Shown piece after piece: positions 19,258 to 29,177 of a stretch of DNA of 64,000 bases. Both the position numbers and the translations under genes were made by a program. This DNA comes from Bacteroidota bacterium. Lineage in GTDB: Bacteria; Bacteroidota; Bacteroidia; Flavobacteriales_D; Crocinitomicaceae. The stretch is taken from the NCBI GenBank assembly GCA_041179525.1, contig JBEGTG010000001.1, positions 11,806 to 75,805 on the forward strand, written 5' to 3'. Below the pieces are notes generated by a model. The model was not told the DNA's origin and did no database searches. It saw only the letters and a program-made list of their open reading frames with translations. The first letter of the stretch is position 1. Each line of letters starts with the position of its first letter.

Positions 19258-22200
19258 TCAATTGGTGAGGTCTTGAAGCGCTTGTAATTTCTGAAAAGCA
19301 TCTTTAATATGGCGGATGGGCTCAATAACCAACCTGAGTTTGTCGTCTTTTTGAGCGAGTCTGTAGCCAGCGGGTTGAGCCAAGATGCGGTTGAGCATTT
19401 GCTGAAACTGCTCGGTTTCATAAAATGGCGATTGCGGATTGGAAATAAAATGTCCTACTAATTTTTCTGACTTGAGAACCAAGCGTTCTAGCCCCATAGA
19501 TTCGGCCAACCAACGCAGCTCAAATGAAAACAAGAGTTCTTTGACTTCTTTTGGTAGTGGCCCAAAGCGGTCCTGGAGTTGGGCGCTAAAAGCGGCGAGT
19601 TCTTCTTTGTTCTTTAGGTTGTCCATGGCTTGATACAAACTCAAACGCTCTGCAACTTGGTTCACGTATTGGTCTGGAATTCGTACCTCCATATCGGTTT
19701 CAAAAACGCAATCCTGGACAAATCCGTTGAATTGATCGGTGGTTCGGTCCTCGAAAAGTTCTTTGTACTCGCTTTCTCGGAGCTCTTGCATAGCCTCGTT
19801 GAGAATTTTCTGATACATCTCAAAACCAATTTCTGCAATAAAACCGCTTTGTTCGCCGCCGAGCATATTGCCCGCCCCACGAATATCGAGGTCTTTCATA
19901 GCAATATTGAATCCTGAACCCAAATCTGAGAATTGCACGAGCGCCTCTAAGCGCTTGCGGGCTTCGGAGGTCATGATGCTGAATTTTGGCGCAATGAGGT
20001 AGCAGAATCCTTTTTTGTTGCTGCGCCCTACCCTGCCCCGCAATTGGTGTAGATCGCTGAGCCCAAATTGGTGAGCGTCGTTGATAATGATGGTATTGGC
20101 ATTGGAGATATCGATCCCGGACTCGATGATGGTGGTGGCTAGAAGCACGTCGTAAGCACCTTCGATGAAATCCATCATGATTTTTTCGAGTTGCTTGCCA
20201 TCCATTTGACCGTGGCCGATGCCCACCCGAACACCCGGACACAAGCGCTGGATCATGCCGGAGAGTTCTTTGATATTTGACAAGCGGTTATTGACAAAAA
20301 ACACTTGGCCGCCGCGTCCTACTTCATAGGCAATGGCATCTCGGATTTGTTCTTCGTTAAAAGAAATGATATCGGTTAATACCGGCTGGCGGTTGGGCGG
20401 TGGTGTATTGATGATGCTCAGGTCTCTGGCGCCCATCAATGAAAATTGCAAGGTGCGCGGAATAGGCGTAGCCGTAAGGGTAAGCGTATCGACGGTTGTG
20501 CGCAGGGTTTTGAGCTTGTCTTTGACCGCTACCCCAAATTTTTGTTCTTCATCGATGATCATGAGTCCCAAATCTTTGAACTTTACGCGTTCGGCAACCA
20601 ATGCGTGGGTGCCAATTAAGATATCGATTTGGCCAGCTGCTAATTTTTTGAGTGTTTCGGTGATTTCCTTTGCAGACTTGAAACGATTGATGTAATCTAC
20701 GGTTACCGGGAAGTTCGAAAGTCTGTTTTTAAAACTGCGGAAATGCTGCAAAGACAAAATAGTCGTCGGGACTAAAACTGCAACTTGTTTGGAGTCAGTA
20801 ACCGCTTTGAAAGCTGCGCGAATAGCCACCTCGGTTTTGCCAAAGCCGACATCTCCACACACCAAGCGATCCATTGGCCGCGGCGCTTCCATGTCGCGTT
20901 TGATATCTTGGGTAGCTTTGTACTGATCTGGAGTATCTTCGAACATAAACGAGGCCTCGAGCTCGTTTTGTAAGTAGCTATCTGGCGCAAAAGAAAACCC
21001 TGGTTTGCTGCGGCGCTGCGCATAGAGTTTGATGAGGTCAAACGCAAGCTCCTTGATTTTTTTCTTGGTCTTGTTCTTGAGATTAGACCAGGCTTGAGTG
21101 CCAAGTTTGTTGAGCGTTGGGGCGCTCCCATCTTTGCCAGTAAATTTAGAAATGCGGTGCAAAGAGTGAATACCGACATACAACACGTCGCCATCCTTAT
21201 AAACCAAACGAATGGCTTCTTGTGGTTTGCCATTGACGTCTATGGTCTCAAGACCAGAAAACTGACCTACGCCATGGTCTATGTGTGTCACGTAATCTCC
21301 TTTTTGGAGCTGATAAATTTCTTTTAGCGTCAGGGCTTGCTTGGCTTGCTTGAACCCTTCCTTGAGCCTAAAACGGTGATAGCGCTCAAAAAGCTGGTGA
21401 TCGGTATAGCAAACTAATTTCAGTGAGGGAAAGATAAAACCCTCGTGCAAAGCCAAGGGCAGGGCACTGAACTCACCTTCTTCACCGATATCGCTAAAAA
21501 TTTGGTAGAGTCTTTCTACTTGCCGTGGCTGATTCGAAAAAATAAGGTTTTGAAAACCTTCGGCTTTGCGCGCTTTTAAATCGGCATTGAGCCGCTGAAA
21601 GTCTTTGTTGAAACTAGGTTGCGGAATGCAATCAAAGGTTTCTGAATGCGTAGCCTTGTAGTGGTACGTAGGGCCAAATTCGATGATGCGGTGCGCGTTA
21701 AGCTGATCTTCAAATGTGAGGTGTGAAACGAATTTATCTTGAGGCAGGGCGAATTGAACTGGACCGTCGTGTTTGCTATGGATTTCTACCGCACGTTCGT
21801 ATTCGCGTTTGAGGACGTCAAAAGTTCTTTGTACATCTGCTACCCAACAAATGGTTTGAGTGCCCACAAAACCCAACAAGGTTTCTTGAATTTCTAGGCT
21901 CTCGCCCGATTGGATATTCGGAACAACATTGAAAAATTGATGACTCGCAATTGACAACTGGCTTGCGGCATCAAAAGTGCGGATACTCTCTACCTCATCG
22001 CCAAAAAATTCTATCCGAAAAGGGTGCTCGTTGGCATAAGAAAACACATCTAAGATGCCTCCTCTGATCGAAAACTGACCGGGTTCATATACAAAATCGA
22101 CGCGCTCAAACTGATATTCCAAAAGCAATTCATTGAGAAAATCAGTGGTGTAGCTTTTGGCCACCTCGAGGCGCATGGTGTGCTTAACTAAGTTTTTTTT

Positions 22201-22602
22201 AGTCGGTATTTTTTCAAAAAGCGCCTCAGGGTAGGTCACTACCCAGGTATTTTGTTTGTCGCTGAGTTTTTCGAGCACCTCGGCGCGCGCCACAACATTA
22301 GAGTTGTCTGTTTGCTCTTGCTGATAAGGCACTCGGTAAGATGCCGGATAAAATAAAATGCGCTTGTCATCTGGAAACAAGCCCTCAAAATCATTTAAGA
22401 AATAAGCCGCTTCTTCTTTGTCTGAAAGTATAAATAAATGGGTGCCCGGTACTTGTTGTGCCACCATTAATGAAAGTAAAGATTTTGCAGAACCCACCAT
22501 GCCTTTCCAATGTAATCTGGTATCAGCCGTTTGCAAGGCCGCTGCACTGCGGTCGAGCGCAGGATGTTTGGCAAGGGTTTTGATAAAAGTAGCAAGTTCC
22601 AT
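19258..22602 (-). CDS. mfd: Transcription-repair coupling factor
   Basis: Walker A GDVGFGKTEVAIRAAF, DEEQKFGV, and the helicase C motif QLRGRVGRS. ATG at 22602 (MELATF); the track start at 22614 is TTG. Confidence 0.92.
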   Translation of the reverse strand: MELATFIKTLAKHPALDRSAAALQTADTRLHWKGMVGSAKSLLSLMVAQQVPGTHLFILSDKEEAAYFLNDFEGLFPDDKRILFYPASYRVPYQQEQTDNSNVVARAEVLEKLSDKQNTWVVTYPEALFEKIPTKKNLVKHTMRLEVAKSYTTDFLNELLLEYQFERVDFVYEPGQFSIRGGILDVFSYANEHPFRIEFFGDEVESIRTFDAASQLSIASHQFFNVVPNIQSGESLEIQETLLGFVGTQTICWVADVQRTFDVLKREYERAVEIHSKHDGPVQFALPQDKFVSHLTFEDQLNAHRIIEFGPTYHYKATHSETFDCIPQPSFNKDFQRLNADLKARKAEGFQNLIFSNQPRQVERLYQIFSDIGEEGEFSALPLALHEGFIFPSLKLVCYTDHQLFERYHRFRLKEGFKQAKQALTLKEIYQLQKGDYVTHIDHGVGQFSGLETIDVNGKPQEAIRLVYKDGDVLYVGIHSLHRISKFTGKDGSAPTLNKLGTQAWSNLKNKTKKKIKELAFDLIKLYAQRRSKPGFSFAPDSYLQNELEASFMFEDTPDQYKATQDIKRDMEAPRPMDRLVCGDVGFGKTEVAIRAAFKAVTDSKQVAVLVPTTILSLQHFRSFKNRLSNFPVTVDYINRFKSAKEITETLKKLAAGQIDILIGTHALVAERVKFKDLGLMIIDEEQKFGVAVKDKLKTLRTTVDTLTLTATPIPRTLQFSLMGARDLSIINTPPPNRQPVLTDIISFNEEQIRDAIAYEVGRGGQVFFVNNRLSNIKELSGMIQRLCPGVRVGIGHGQMDGKQLEKIMMDFIEGAYDVLLATTIIESGIDISNANTIIINDAHQFGLSDLHQLRGRVGRSNKKGFCYLIAPKFSIMTSEARKRLEALVQFSDLGSGFNIAMKDLDIRGAGNMLGGEQSGFIAEIGFEMYQKILNEAMQELRESEYKELFEDRTTDQFNGFVQDCVFETDMEVRIPDQYVNQVAERLSLYQAMDNLKNKEELAAFSAQLQDRFGPLPKEVKELLFSFELRWLAESMGLERLVLKSEKLVGHFISNPQSPFYETEQFQQMLNRILAQPAGYRLAQKDDKLRLVIEPIRHIKDAFQKLQALQDLTN

Positions 22603-22766
22603 AGCGGGCTGCAAAATTACGCAAACTATCCGCGGAGCGAAATAATTTGTGACCTTTTCCGGTCATATCGTTACAAATAACAATTCAGTGTGAATATCTC
22701 CAAAGAATTCAATCCGCCCGACCTCACTCAATGACTAATTTTAACGTACCAAATTAGAACCCAATT

Positions 22767-23507
22767 ATGAAGTTTTCAATCAAATACACCTTAGTAGCAG
22801 CGTTCTTGATGAGCGCAGGAGTTTTAAGTGCTCAAGTAGCAGAAGCCGCAACAGAAGAATCTTTCAAAACTGTCGAAGAAATTTCGGCCATTGACTTTCT
22901 GATGAAAGGTGGGGTCTTTTTGATTCCTATTGCACTCTTATTGTTTTATACAACCTATGTAGCAGTTGAACGCTTTTTATATATCCGTCGCATGACCAAG
23001 CAAAACATGCTACTCATCAACGAATTACAAACACAACTCAATGCTGGCAGCATGCAAGGAGCCCTCGATGTTGTGAACCGCGACCAAACAGCTTATGGTT
23101 CAGTCATCAAAGAAGGCGTTCAGTCTATTGGCCAACCCATTGCACAAATTGAAGGCAATATGGAAAAAGTAGCCAACATCGAAATTGGCAAAATGGAGAA
23201 AAACATCAACCACTTAGGTCTGATCGCAGGTATTGCTCCTACCTTAGGATTTATCGGAACCATCTCTGGGGTTATCAAAATCTTTTACAGCATCTCTATC
23301 TCAGAAAATGTCTCTATCGGTAATATCTCAGGTGGTTTGTATGAAAAAATGATTTCATCTGGTTCAGGTTTAGTTGTCGGTATCCTCGCCTTCACAGCCT
23401 ATCACCTACTCAATGGTATTATTGATAACTATGCGTTGGGCATTCAAAAAATGAATTTAGATTTTATCAAATTAATGAACTCAAAAGATGGCCATAAAGC
23501 GAAATAG
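22767..23507 (+). CDS. exbB: MotA/TolQ/ExbB proton-channel protein
   Basis: 246 aa, 3 TM. The LGLIAGIAPTLGFIGTISG motif is characteristic of ExbB/TolQ. Confidence 0.85.
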   Translation: MKFSIKYTLVAAFLMSAGVLSAQVAEAATEESFKTVEEISAIDFLMKGGVFLIPIALLLFYTTYVAVERFLYIRRMTKQNMLLINELQTQLNAGSMQGALDVVNRDQTAYGSVIKEGVQSIGQPIAQIEGNMEKVANIEIGKMEKNINHLGLIAGIAPTLGFIGTISGVIKIFYSISISENVSIGNISGGLYEKMISSGSGLVVGILAFTAYHLLNGIIDNYALGIQKMNLDFIKLMNSKDGHKAK

Positions 23508-23895
23508 AAGGTTCCATGCGGAGGTGGCTACTTCTGCATTGAGCGACATCATGTTCTTTTTATTATTGTTCTTTTTGATCATCTCTACCCTGGCCAACCC
23601 GAACGTCATCAAAGTTCCGTTGCCTAAATCAGATGCCAACGAAAAGACGCAAAAACAACACGTCACACTCACCATTAAATTTGACGAGAACCAACAGCGC
23701 CATTTTTATGTCAACAACGATGAAATCGCCTTGGATCAGTTAGAAGGCGTCTTGATCGGAGAAACCAAAAAAATTGGCGACAACACCGTCATTTTACGCT
23801 TGCCATTTGATGCGCAAGTGCAAGAACTCGTAGACTTACTCAAAATTGGCATGCTCAATGACCTCAAAATGATCATTGCCACCAAAGAAGGGTAA
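23488..23895 (+). CDS. exbD: ExbD/TolR biopolymer transport protein
   Basis: 135 aa. N-terminal TM with DIMFFLLLFFLI. Overlaps exbB by 20 nt. Confidence 0.8.
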   Translation: MAIKRNRRFHAEVATSALSDIMFFLLLFFLIISTLANPNVIKVPLPKSDANEKTQKQHVTLTIKFDENQQRHFYVNNDEIALDQLEGVLIGETKKIGDNTVILRLPFDAQVQELVDLLKIGMLNDLKMIIATKEG

Positions 23896-23931
23896 ATCTA
23901 TTTATTGACAAATTAGCAAGAGCTCCTTATC

Positions 23932-24702
23932 ATGGAACAATTTCAATTAGAATATATCGGCGCGCGCGAAGATTCCAAAAAATCTTTGATCTACACTTCT
24001 GTGTGGTTGCTCTCCATGTTGCTGTTGGCTTTCATCATTAAATTTGATGCCCGACCAGATCAATTGGTGGATACACCCCCACTCCGCTCAGATGAAGTCA
24101 TTGAAGAATTTCAGATAGATAATGTAGAACTCGAAGAAGTTTCAGGAGGATCTCGAGGTGGTGGCACCCCTGGTTCTGGCCGCATTGCGCCACCAGCCGA
24201 CCAAACCGAAAGAGTGGCTACCTCTAGCCAAAGTGATTTCAGCCATAACAGCGGCAATTCAAATAACCACAATTCTCAGAACGGCACCAATACTTCCTCC
24301 ACTACAACACAAAGAACCAACCTCTTTAACGGGAACGGCGGCAGTGGAAACGGAAATGGCTCTGGAAACGGGCCTTTCGGCGGGAATGGAAACGGCAGCG
24401 GGGAAGGCGATGATGGCATCGGATCAGGTAGAGGTTCTGGTAAAGGACGTGTTCGCCTCAATAGTGTCAGCTTACCGAGCTATGAAAGTGATTTTGACTG
24501 CCGTATCGGATTTATGGTACAAGTGAATAGTGAAGGACAAGTGATTAACGTACGGTCAGTCAGGTCAATCACTACTTGCGCAGATGACCGCATCATTAGC
24601 GACATCAAAGAGCGCATCAAGCGCGAAGTGAAATACAATAAATCTCCAGGTGCTGTAGTTGTCGAGATGAATTATACAATCGATCTAAAAGCTAGGAATT
24701 AA
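23932..24702 (+). CDS. TonB-like energy transducer candidate with Gly/Asn/Ser-rich linker
   Basis: Sits immediately after exbBD. N-terminal TM ([18 protein letters not shown]). Low-complexity GNGSGNG linker. The C-terminal about 80 aa look like a beta-alpha-beta domain. Assigned by context, not by motif. Confidence 0.45.
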   Translation: MEQFQLEYIGAREDSKKSLIYTSVWLLSMLLLAFIIKFDARPDQLVDTPPLRSDEVIEEFQIDNVELEEVSGGSRGGGTPGSGRIAPPADQTERVATSSQSDFSHNSGNSNNHNSQNGTNTSSTTTQRTNLFNGNGGSGNGNGSGNGPFGGNGNGSGEGDDGIGSGRGSGKGRVRLNSVSLPSYESDFDCRIGFMVQVNSEGQVINVRSVRSITTCADDRIISDIKERIKREVKYNKSPGAVVVEMNYTIDLKARN

Positions 24703-25694
24703 ATCCCCATTGCTTTTTCAACCATTTTCTTAGAGCCAATATAAAAACCGACCCGTTGGTGTAATTCTGTCGGTTTGATGTCTAAGATGCGATCTGTACC
24801 ATTGGTAGCCAGGCCACCTGCTTGTTCGGCGATAAAAGCCAGCGGATTGCACTCATATAACAAGCGCAAACGTCCTTTAGGAGCCGATGGAACAGTCGGG
24901 TAAATGTAAATACCTCCTTTGATCAGGTTGCGATGAAAATCGGCTACTAAAGAACCAATATAACGCCCTGAATAAGGCTTCCCTGTTTGATTTTCATTTG
25001 ATTGGCAGTAAGCTAAATAGGCACGAAGTTGTGGGTCGAAATCATTGAGATTGCCTTCGTTGACCGAATAGAGCCTACCATTTTCTGGCATTTTCATGTC
25101 GGGGTGCGACAAAAAGAATTCACCAATTGATGGGTCTAATGTAAATCCATTAACACCATTTCCGGTGGTATAAACTAAGATAGTAGAAGAGCCGTAAAGC
25201 ACGTAGCCAGCAGCCACTTGTTGGGTACCTGGCTGCAGCATATCTGCCAAAGTTGCTTTGGAACCTTGAGGTGAAACCCTGCGGTAAATTGAAAAAATGG
25301 TGCCGATAGATACGTTGACGTCTATATTAGAAGAGCCGTCTAGCGGATCAAATAAAATGACGTAATTGGCATTTTGGGCTTGTTCAGATTCAAATGCGAG
25401 GTAGTCGTCGTTTTCTTCGGAGGCAATGCCGCAGACTTCGCCGCCGTTTTCAAAAGCGCGAATAAACGCTTCATCTGCAACAACATCTAATTTTTGCTGT
25501 TCTTCACCTTGCACATTTTGAGCGCCTTGAGCGCCTAGGATGTGGTCAACTAATCCGGCTTTGCGGACATCATTGCTGACTATTTTAGAAGCTAACGCGA
25601 TGTCGCTCAGTAAGCGAGAGAGCTCACCGGTAGCAAATGGAAAATCTTTTTGCTTGCTGACAATAAACTCGTGAAGGGTAGTGAGTTTAGACAT
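24699..25694 (-). CDS. fbp: Fructose-1,6-bisphosphatase class 1
   Basis: [29 protein letters not shown] and [13 protein letters not shown]. Confidence 0.92.
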   Translation of the reverse strand: MSKLTTLHEFIVSKQKDFPFATGELSRLLSDIALASKIVSNDVRKAGLVDHILGAQGAQNVQGEEQQKLDVVADEAFIRAFENGGEVCGIASEENDDYLAFESEQAQNANYVILFDPLDGSSNIDVNVSIGTIFSIYRRVSPQGSKATLADMLQPGTQQVAAGYVLYGSSTILVYTTGNGVNGFTLDPSIGEFFLSHPDMKMPENGRLYSVNEGNLNDFDPQLRAYLAYCQSNENQTGKPYSGRYIGSLVADFHRNLIKGGIYIYPTVPSAPKGRLRLLYECNPLAFIAEQAGGLATNGTDRILDIKPTELHQRVGFYIGSKKMVEKAMGI

Positions 25695-25696
25695 GC

Positions 25697-26521
25697 TTAC
25701 ATAGAGAACATATTGCTGTAGTCGGAACCTAAGTGAATAGGATTGACGATTAGCGTTGGAATGAGTGCATCATTGGTGATGATGTACTGCTCATGATTAG
25801 AAGTGAGGGCCGTAAAGAGGTTGTTGCGTTGGAGGTTCATGATGGCGATAAGATCGGCATCTACGCTCACGGCGTATTTGACAACTTCTTTGTCGAAACC
25901 AGAACTTGGTACCACTGCGCTGGTCATTTCAATGCCGCGGTCTTTGAAGAAACCTTCTGAAAAAGTGATGTTGGAACGCACTTGATGACGCAAAAACTCA
26001 TCGGTTTCGTCTGGTGTAACGACGTGAACTTTAGACTTGAAGTATTGTGCCAAATTGGCAACTATTGAAAGTTTTTGTTTGGTTTCTTTGTGGAGGTCCA
26101 TCGGGACAACAATGGAGTCGTAACCACTTGCTTTAACGGCCTTTTCTTGGACGATAATGAAGGGTACTTGAGAACTTGTAACCACTTTTAACGCGTGGCT
26201 TCCGGTGATGTGCTGCCATCCGTGCGCACCATGGGTGCCCATGACGATAAGCTCAGCTTGGTGCTCGGCCGCAAAAGCGCCGATGTCTTCAAAAATGCTA
26301 CCAATGCGCACATTGGGCTTGAGTGCTACGCCTTCTTGTTCAAACTGTCCAATAATATTTTCTAGCTGCGCAAGTGCTTCAGGAATTTGGGTGTCTTTGG
26401 AAACCACATGAAGTACTTGAATTTGAGCACCTAAAGGCTTGGCTGTAGCAATGGCGTGTTGAAGGGCGATATCGGCCACTGCGGTAAAGTCGTGAGGAAC
26501 AATGAAGGTTTTAGTTTGCAT
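25697..26521 (-). CDS. Universal stress protein, tandem Usp domains
   Basis: Two Usp-like halves (..LIVMGTHG..G...... and ..ADLIAIM...). ATG at 26521; the track start at 26527 is TTG. Confidence 0.8.
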   Translation of the reverse strand: MQTKTFIVPHDFTAVADIALQHAIATAKPLGAQIQVLHVVSKDTQIPEALAQLENIIGQFEQEGVALKPNVRIGSIFEDIGAFAAEHQAELIVMGTHGAHGWQHITGSHALKVVTSSQVPFIIVQEKAVKASGYDSIVVPMDLHKETKQKLSIVANLAQYFKSKVHVVTPDETDEFLRHQVRSNITFSEGFFKDRGIEMTSAVVPSSGFDKEVVKYAVSVDADLIAIMNLQRNNLFTALTSNHEQYIITNDALIPTLIVNPIHLGSDYSNMFSM

Positions 26522-26579
26522 AGTCAAGTTTTTTACAAATTTAAAACAAAGTGCAGTAAGAACGCACTAGTTTTCTCTT

Positions 26580-26587
26580 TATTTTTG
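26580..26587 (+). promoter_or_regulatory. Candidate Bacteroidota sigma-A -7 box (TAnnTTTG)
   Basis: Exact TATTTTTG, 34 nt upstream of ATG 26621. No clear -33 TTTG seen. Confidence 0.3.
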
Positions 26588-26620
26588 TGTGAAGCCTCTG
26601 CTAAAAAAGCTTCTTTTCAA

Positions 26621-28147
26621 ATGCCCATAATTGGTAAGCTCATACAGCGTAGTACAGCAATAAGTTTCAAGCGCATCTCCCGCATCAGCGCAGGCTACAA
26701 ACAACAACTCGAGGTCTTGCGTCAAAACATTGACCACTCCAAAAAAACAGCTTTCGGACAGCGCTATCAATTCGCTGCCTTGCTTCAAAAAACGGACCTC
26801 GTTTCGCGCTACCAACAAATCGTTCCCATTACCGAATACGATGAATTCTATACCGAGTGGCTCGAAGACACCATTAAAGGTAAAAAAGATGCCATCTGGC
26901 CTGGCCGCATCAAATACTTTGCGCTGTCCTCCGGTACAACAGGCGCACCGAGTAAAAGAATTCCAGTGAGCACCGAAATGATTCGGTCTTTTCAGCGGGT
27001 CTCGTTAAGACAATTCTCCATCTTACACGAATTGAACCTACCTGATTCCTTTTACAGTGCTAAAGTACTTGCTGTTGGTGGCTCCACTAAGCTCAAAAAA
27101 ATCGACCAACATTACGAAGGCGACCTCAGCGGCATCTTAAAAAAACACACATCGCTCATTGCTGCTCCGTTTACAAAACCGACCAAAAAAATTACCCATC
27201 TCAAAGACTGGAAAGCCAAACTACCTTTAATGGTACAAGAAGCCCCTAAGTGGGATATCGGCATTATGGCGGGGATCCCGAGCTGGTGTGTGCTCTTGCT
27301 AGAAGAAATTGTAAAGCACTACAAGCTCAACAACATCCACGAAATCTGGCCAAATTTTCAAGTATATGTTCATGGCGGTGTCTACATGGACCCTTTTGTG
27401 GAACGCTTGCAAAAAATTTCAGGAAAACCGGTTGTGTTGCTCGATACCTATTTAGCGAGCGAAGGCTATTTTGCGTACCAAACTAGCCCGAAAAAAAGAG
27501 CCATGACCCTGCTGATGAACAACAGCATCTTTTTTGAGTTTGTGCCGTTTAACGCCGAGTATTTTACGGAGTCTGGCGAACTCAAAAATAAATTCAAAGC
27601 ATATTCTATTAGTGAGGTCAAGCCCGGGATAGACTACGCGTTGGTCATCAGCACCAATGCGGGGCTCTGGCGCTACATGCTCGGAGATCTCGTGCGCTTC
27701 ACCGACACCACTACCCATGAAATCATTATCTCGGGACGCATCAAGCAATTTTTAAGTCTGTGCGGAGAGCATTTGTCTTTGGATAACATCAATCAGGCCC
27801 TGAAAACCGTGAGCACACAATTCAAGTATTCATTTTCAGAATACACCATTCATGCCGACGAAGAGGGGCTGCAACACTGCTGGTATATAGGTTGCGACGA
27901 GCAAGAAGCCTCGTCGAATATCATCGCTGATATTGACCAAGCGCTGCAACTCATCAACGACGACTACGCTTATGTGCGCAAGCACAGCATGCCTATGCCC
28001 AAGCTCAAATTATTGCCTACTTCAGTATTTTATGCCTATTTGGAAAGTATCGGAAAGCTCGGCGCACAAAACAAAATTCCACGCGTTATGAACAAAGCCC
28101 AAGCCGCACAATGGACCGCATTTCTTAACGCAAACGGCTACCTTTAA
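26621..28147 (+). CDS. GH3 (auxin-responsive promoter) family acyl-adenylate-forming protein
   Basis: FALSSGTTGAPSKRIPVS and YLASEGYFAYQ are GH3-type motifs. Start moved to ATG 26621 (MPIIGKL), because the track ORF extension overlaps the divergent usp gene. Confidence 0.75.
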   Translation: MPIIGKLIQRSTAISFKRISRISAGYKQQLEVLRQNIDHSKKTAFGQRYQFAALLQKTDLVSRYQQIVPITEYDEFYTEWLEDTIKGKKDAIWPGRIKYFALSSGTTGAPSKRIPVSTEMIRSFQRVSLRQFSILHELNLPDSFYSAKVLAVGGSTKLKKIDQHYEGDLSGILKKHTSLIAAPFTKPTKKITHLKDWKAKLPLMVQEAPKWDIGIMAGIPSWCVLLLEEIVKHYKLNNIHEIWPNFQVYVHGGVYMDPFVERLQKISGKPVVLLDTYLASEGYFAYQTSPKKRAMTLLMNNSIFFEFVPFNAEYFTESGELKNKFKAYSISEVKPGIDYALVISTNAGLWRYMLGDLVRFTDTTTHEIIISGRIKQFLSLCGEHLSLDNINQALKTVSTQFKYSFSEYTIHADEEGLQHCWYIGCDEQEASSNIIADIDQALQLINDDYAYVRKHSMPMPKLKLLPTSVFYAYLESIGKLGAQNKIPRVMNKAQAAQWTAFLNANGYL

Positions 28148-29174
28148 AGGCCGATTTTTTCAGGAAGGTATAAGCGAGGTTGAGCTCAACAGAATGTCTG
28201 AAAACAGATGAAGTTGCTCCTAAATCTGCATCGTAAGAAATCCCAAAGTCAAAAGCGCCCAAATCGAGTGCGATATAAGGTGCTACAGCAGCTGTAGAAC
28301 GAAAATAAAGCCCTGCGCTCAGGTATCTTGTGCTCACCTCATTGGTGACCTGAGAACTGCCGCGGAGCTTCATGCGGTATATGGCGCCAAGCATGCTTTC
28401 CGAGTGGCCTCCTTGACGCAAATGCGTGAGCGAAAACTGCAAGGTAGAAACTTCATTGAGTCCAAGCGAAAAACAGGCGTAAGCAACAGCTTTGCGATAC
28501 AAGCGATCGGCAGATAGGGTGTTGTATTGTAAGCGAGGACGGTTGACGTGCTGAAAAGACAGACCTGTTTGCAAAGACCATTGGCCATCGCGCAACTCAC
28601 CGCGTTGATTCGGTTCAAAACGATACGCCAGCCCTAAGCCTGCATCTACAAAAGCAAAATTGACAAAATCGTTTTCTTCGCCCGAAAAAACGCTCGGGTC
28701 TAAGGCACTGCCATTCCATTGCGAGTAATACAATAGGCTGCTGAAGTCAGCACTGCGTTGCTGAATAGCCGTTTGAAGACCCGCGTCTAGCCAGTGGCCT
28801 TTTGCCAGCGGAATATGACCACTTGCGGTAAGCCCGAAAGATTTTTGAGTCATGCGGGAATCGCCGCCAACGTCGTTGCTAAAAGAAGCACCGATACCGG
28901 CATAAGCACGTTCGGATTGACGCGTTCTGCCAGGCGTGAATTCAGCCATGCCGTAAGTCGTCAAAAATTGGGTGCCTGAGCCAATCCATTGGTTGCGATT
29001 GAGCAGCGTAATTCTTTCAAAGCCCTTGTAAGCACCCACAAAAGCAGGATTTAGAAAAGGCATGCTGCGGTCTGCTTGTGTCAGGTGAAAATCTTGGGCG
29101 AGGCCGGCATTCGGAAAAACACCGAGCACAAACAAAGCGATTGTAAGTGAAAATAAACAACTTTTGAAGCGCAT
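28125..29174 (-). CDS. PorP/SprF family type IX secretion membrane protein
   Basis: Signal peptide, then QDFHLTQADRSMPFLNPAFVGA, which is the PorP/SprF N-terminal pattern. Barrel-like Gly/aromatic strands. 3 nt downstream of the type B CTD cargo. Confidence 0.8.
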   Translation of the reverse strand: MRFKSCLFSLTIALFVLGVFPNAGLAQDFHLTQADRSMPFLNPAFVGAYKGFERITLLNRNQWIGSGTQFLTTYGMAEFTPGRTRQSERAYAGIGASFSNDVGGDSRMTQKSFGLTASGHIPLAKGHWLDAGLQTAIQQRSADFSSLLYYSQWNGSALDPSVFSGEENDFVNFAFVDAGLGLAYRFEPNQRGELRDGQWSLQTGLSFQHVNRPRLQYNTLSADRLYRKAVAYACFSLGLNEVSTLQFSLTHLRQGGHSESMLGAIYRMKLRGSSQVTNEVSTRYLSAGLYFRSTAAVAPYIALDLGAFDFGISYDADLGATSSVFRHSVELNLAYTFLKKSAFKGSRLR

Positions 29175-29177
29175 CGC

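Noticed and set aside
20772-21233. 153-aa alternative-frame ORF, plus other ORFs of 60-140 aa, within mfd
   Set aside because: The Mfd frame is continuous with helicase motifs, and the others lack start context and motifs.
24158-24526. 122-aa alternative-frame ORF in the Gly/Asn/Ser-rich linker of the TonB-like gene
   Set aside because: It is a low-complexity repeat artefact, and the main frame connects a TM anchor to a folded C-terminal domain.
26456-26620. 5' extension of the GH3 ORF (55 codons from a TTG start)
   Set aside because: The extension overlaps the divergent usp gene, has no similarity to the GH3 N-terminus, and contains the candidate promoter. ATG 26621 is preferred.
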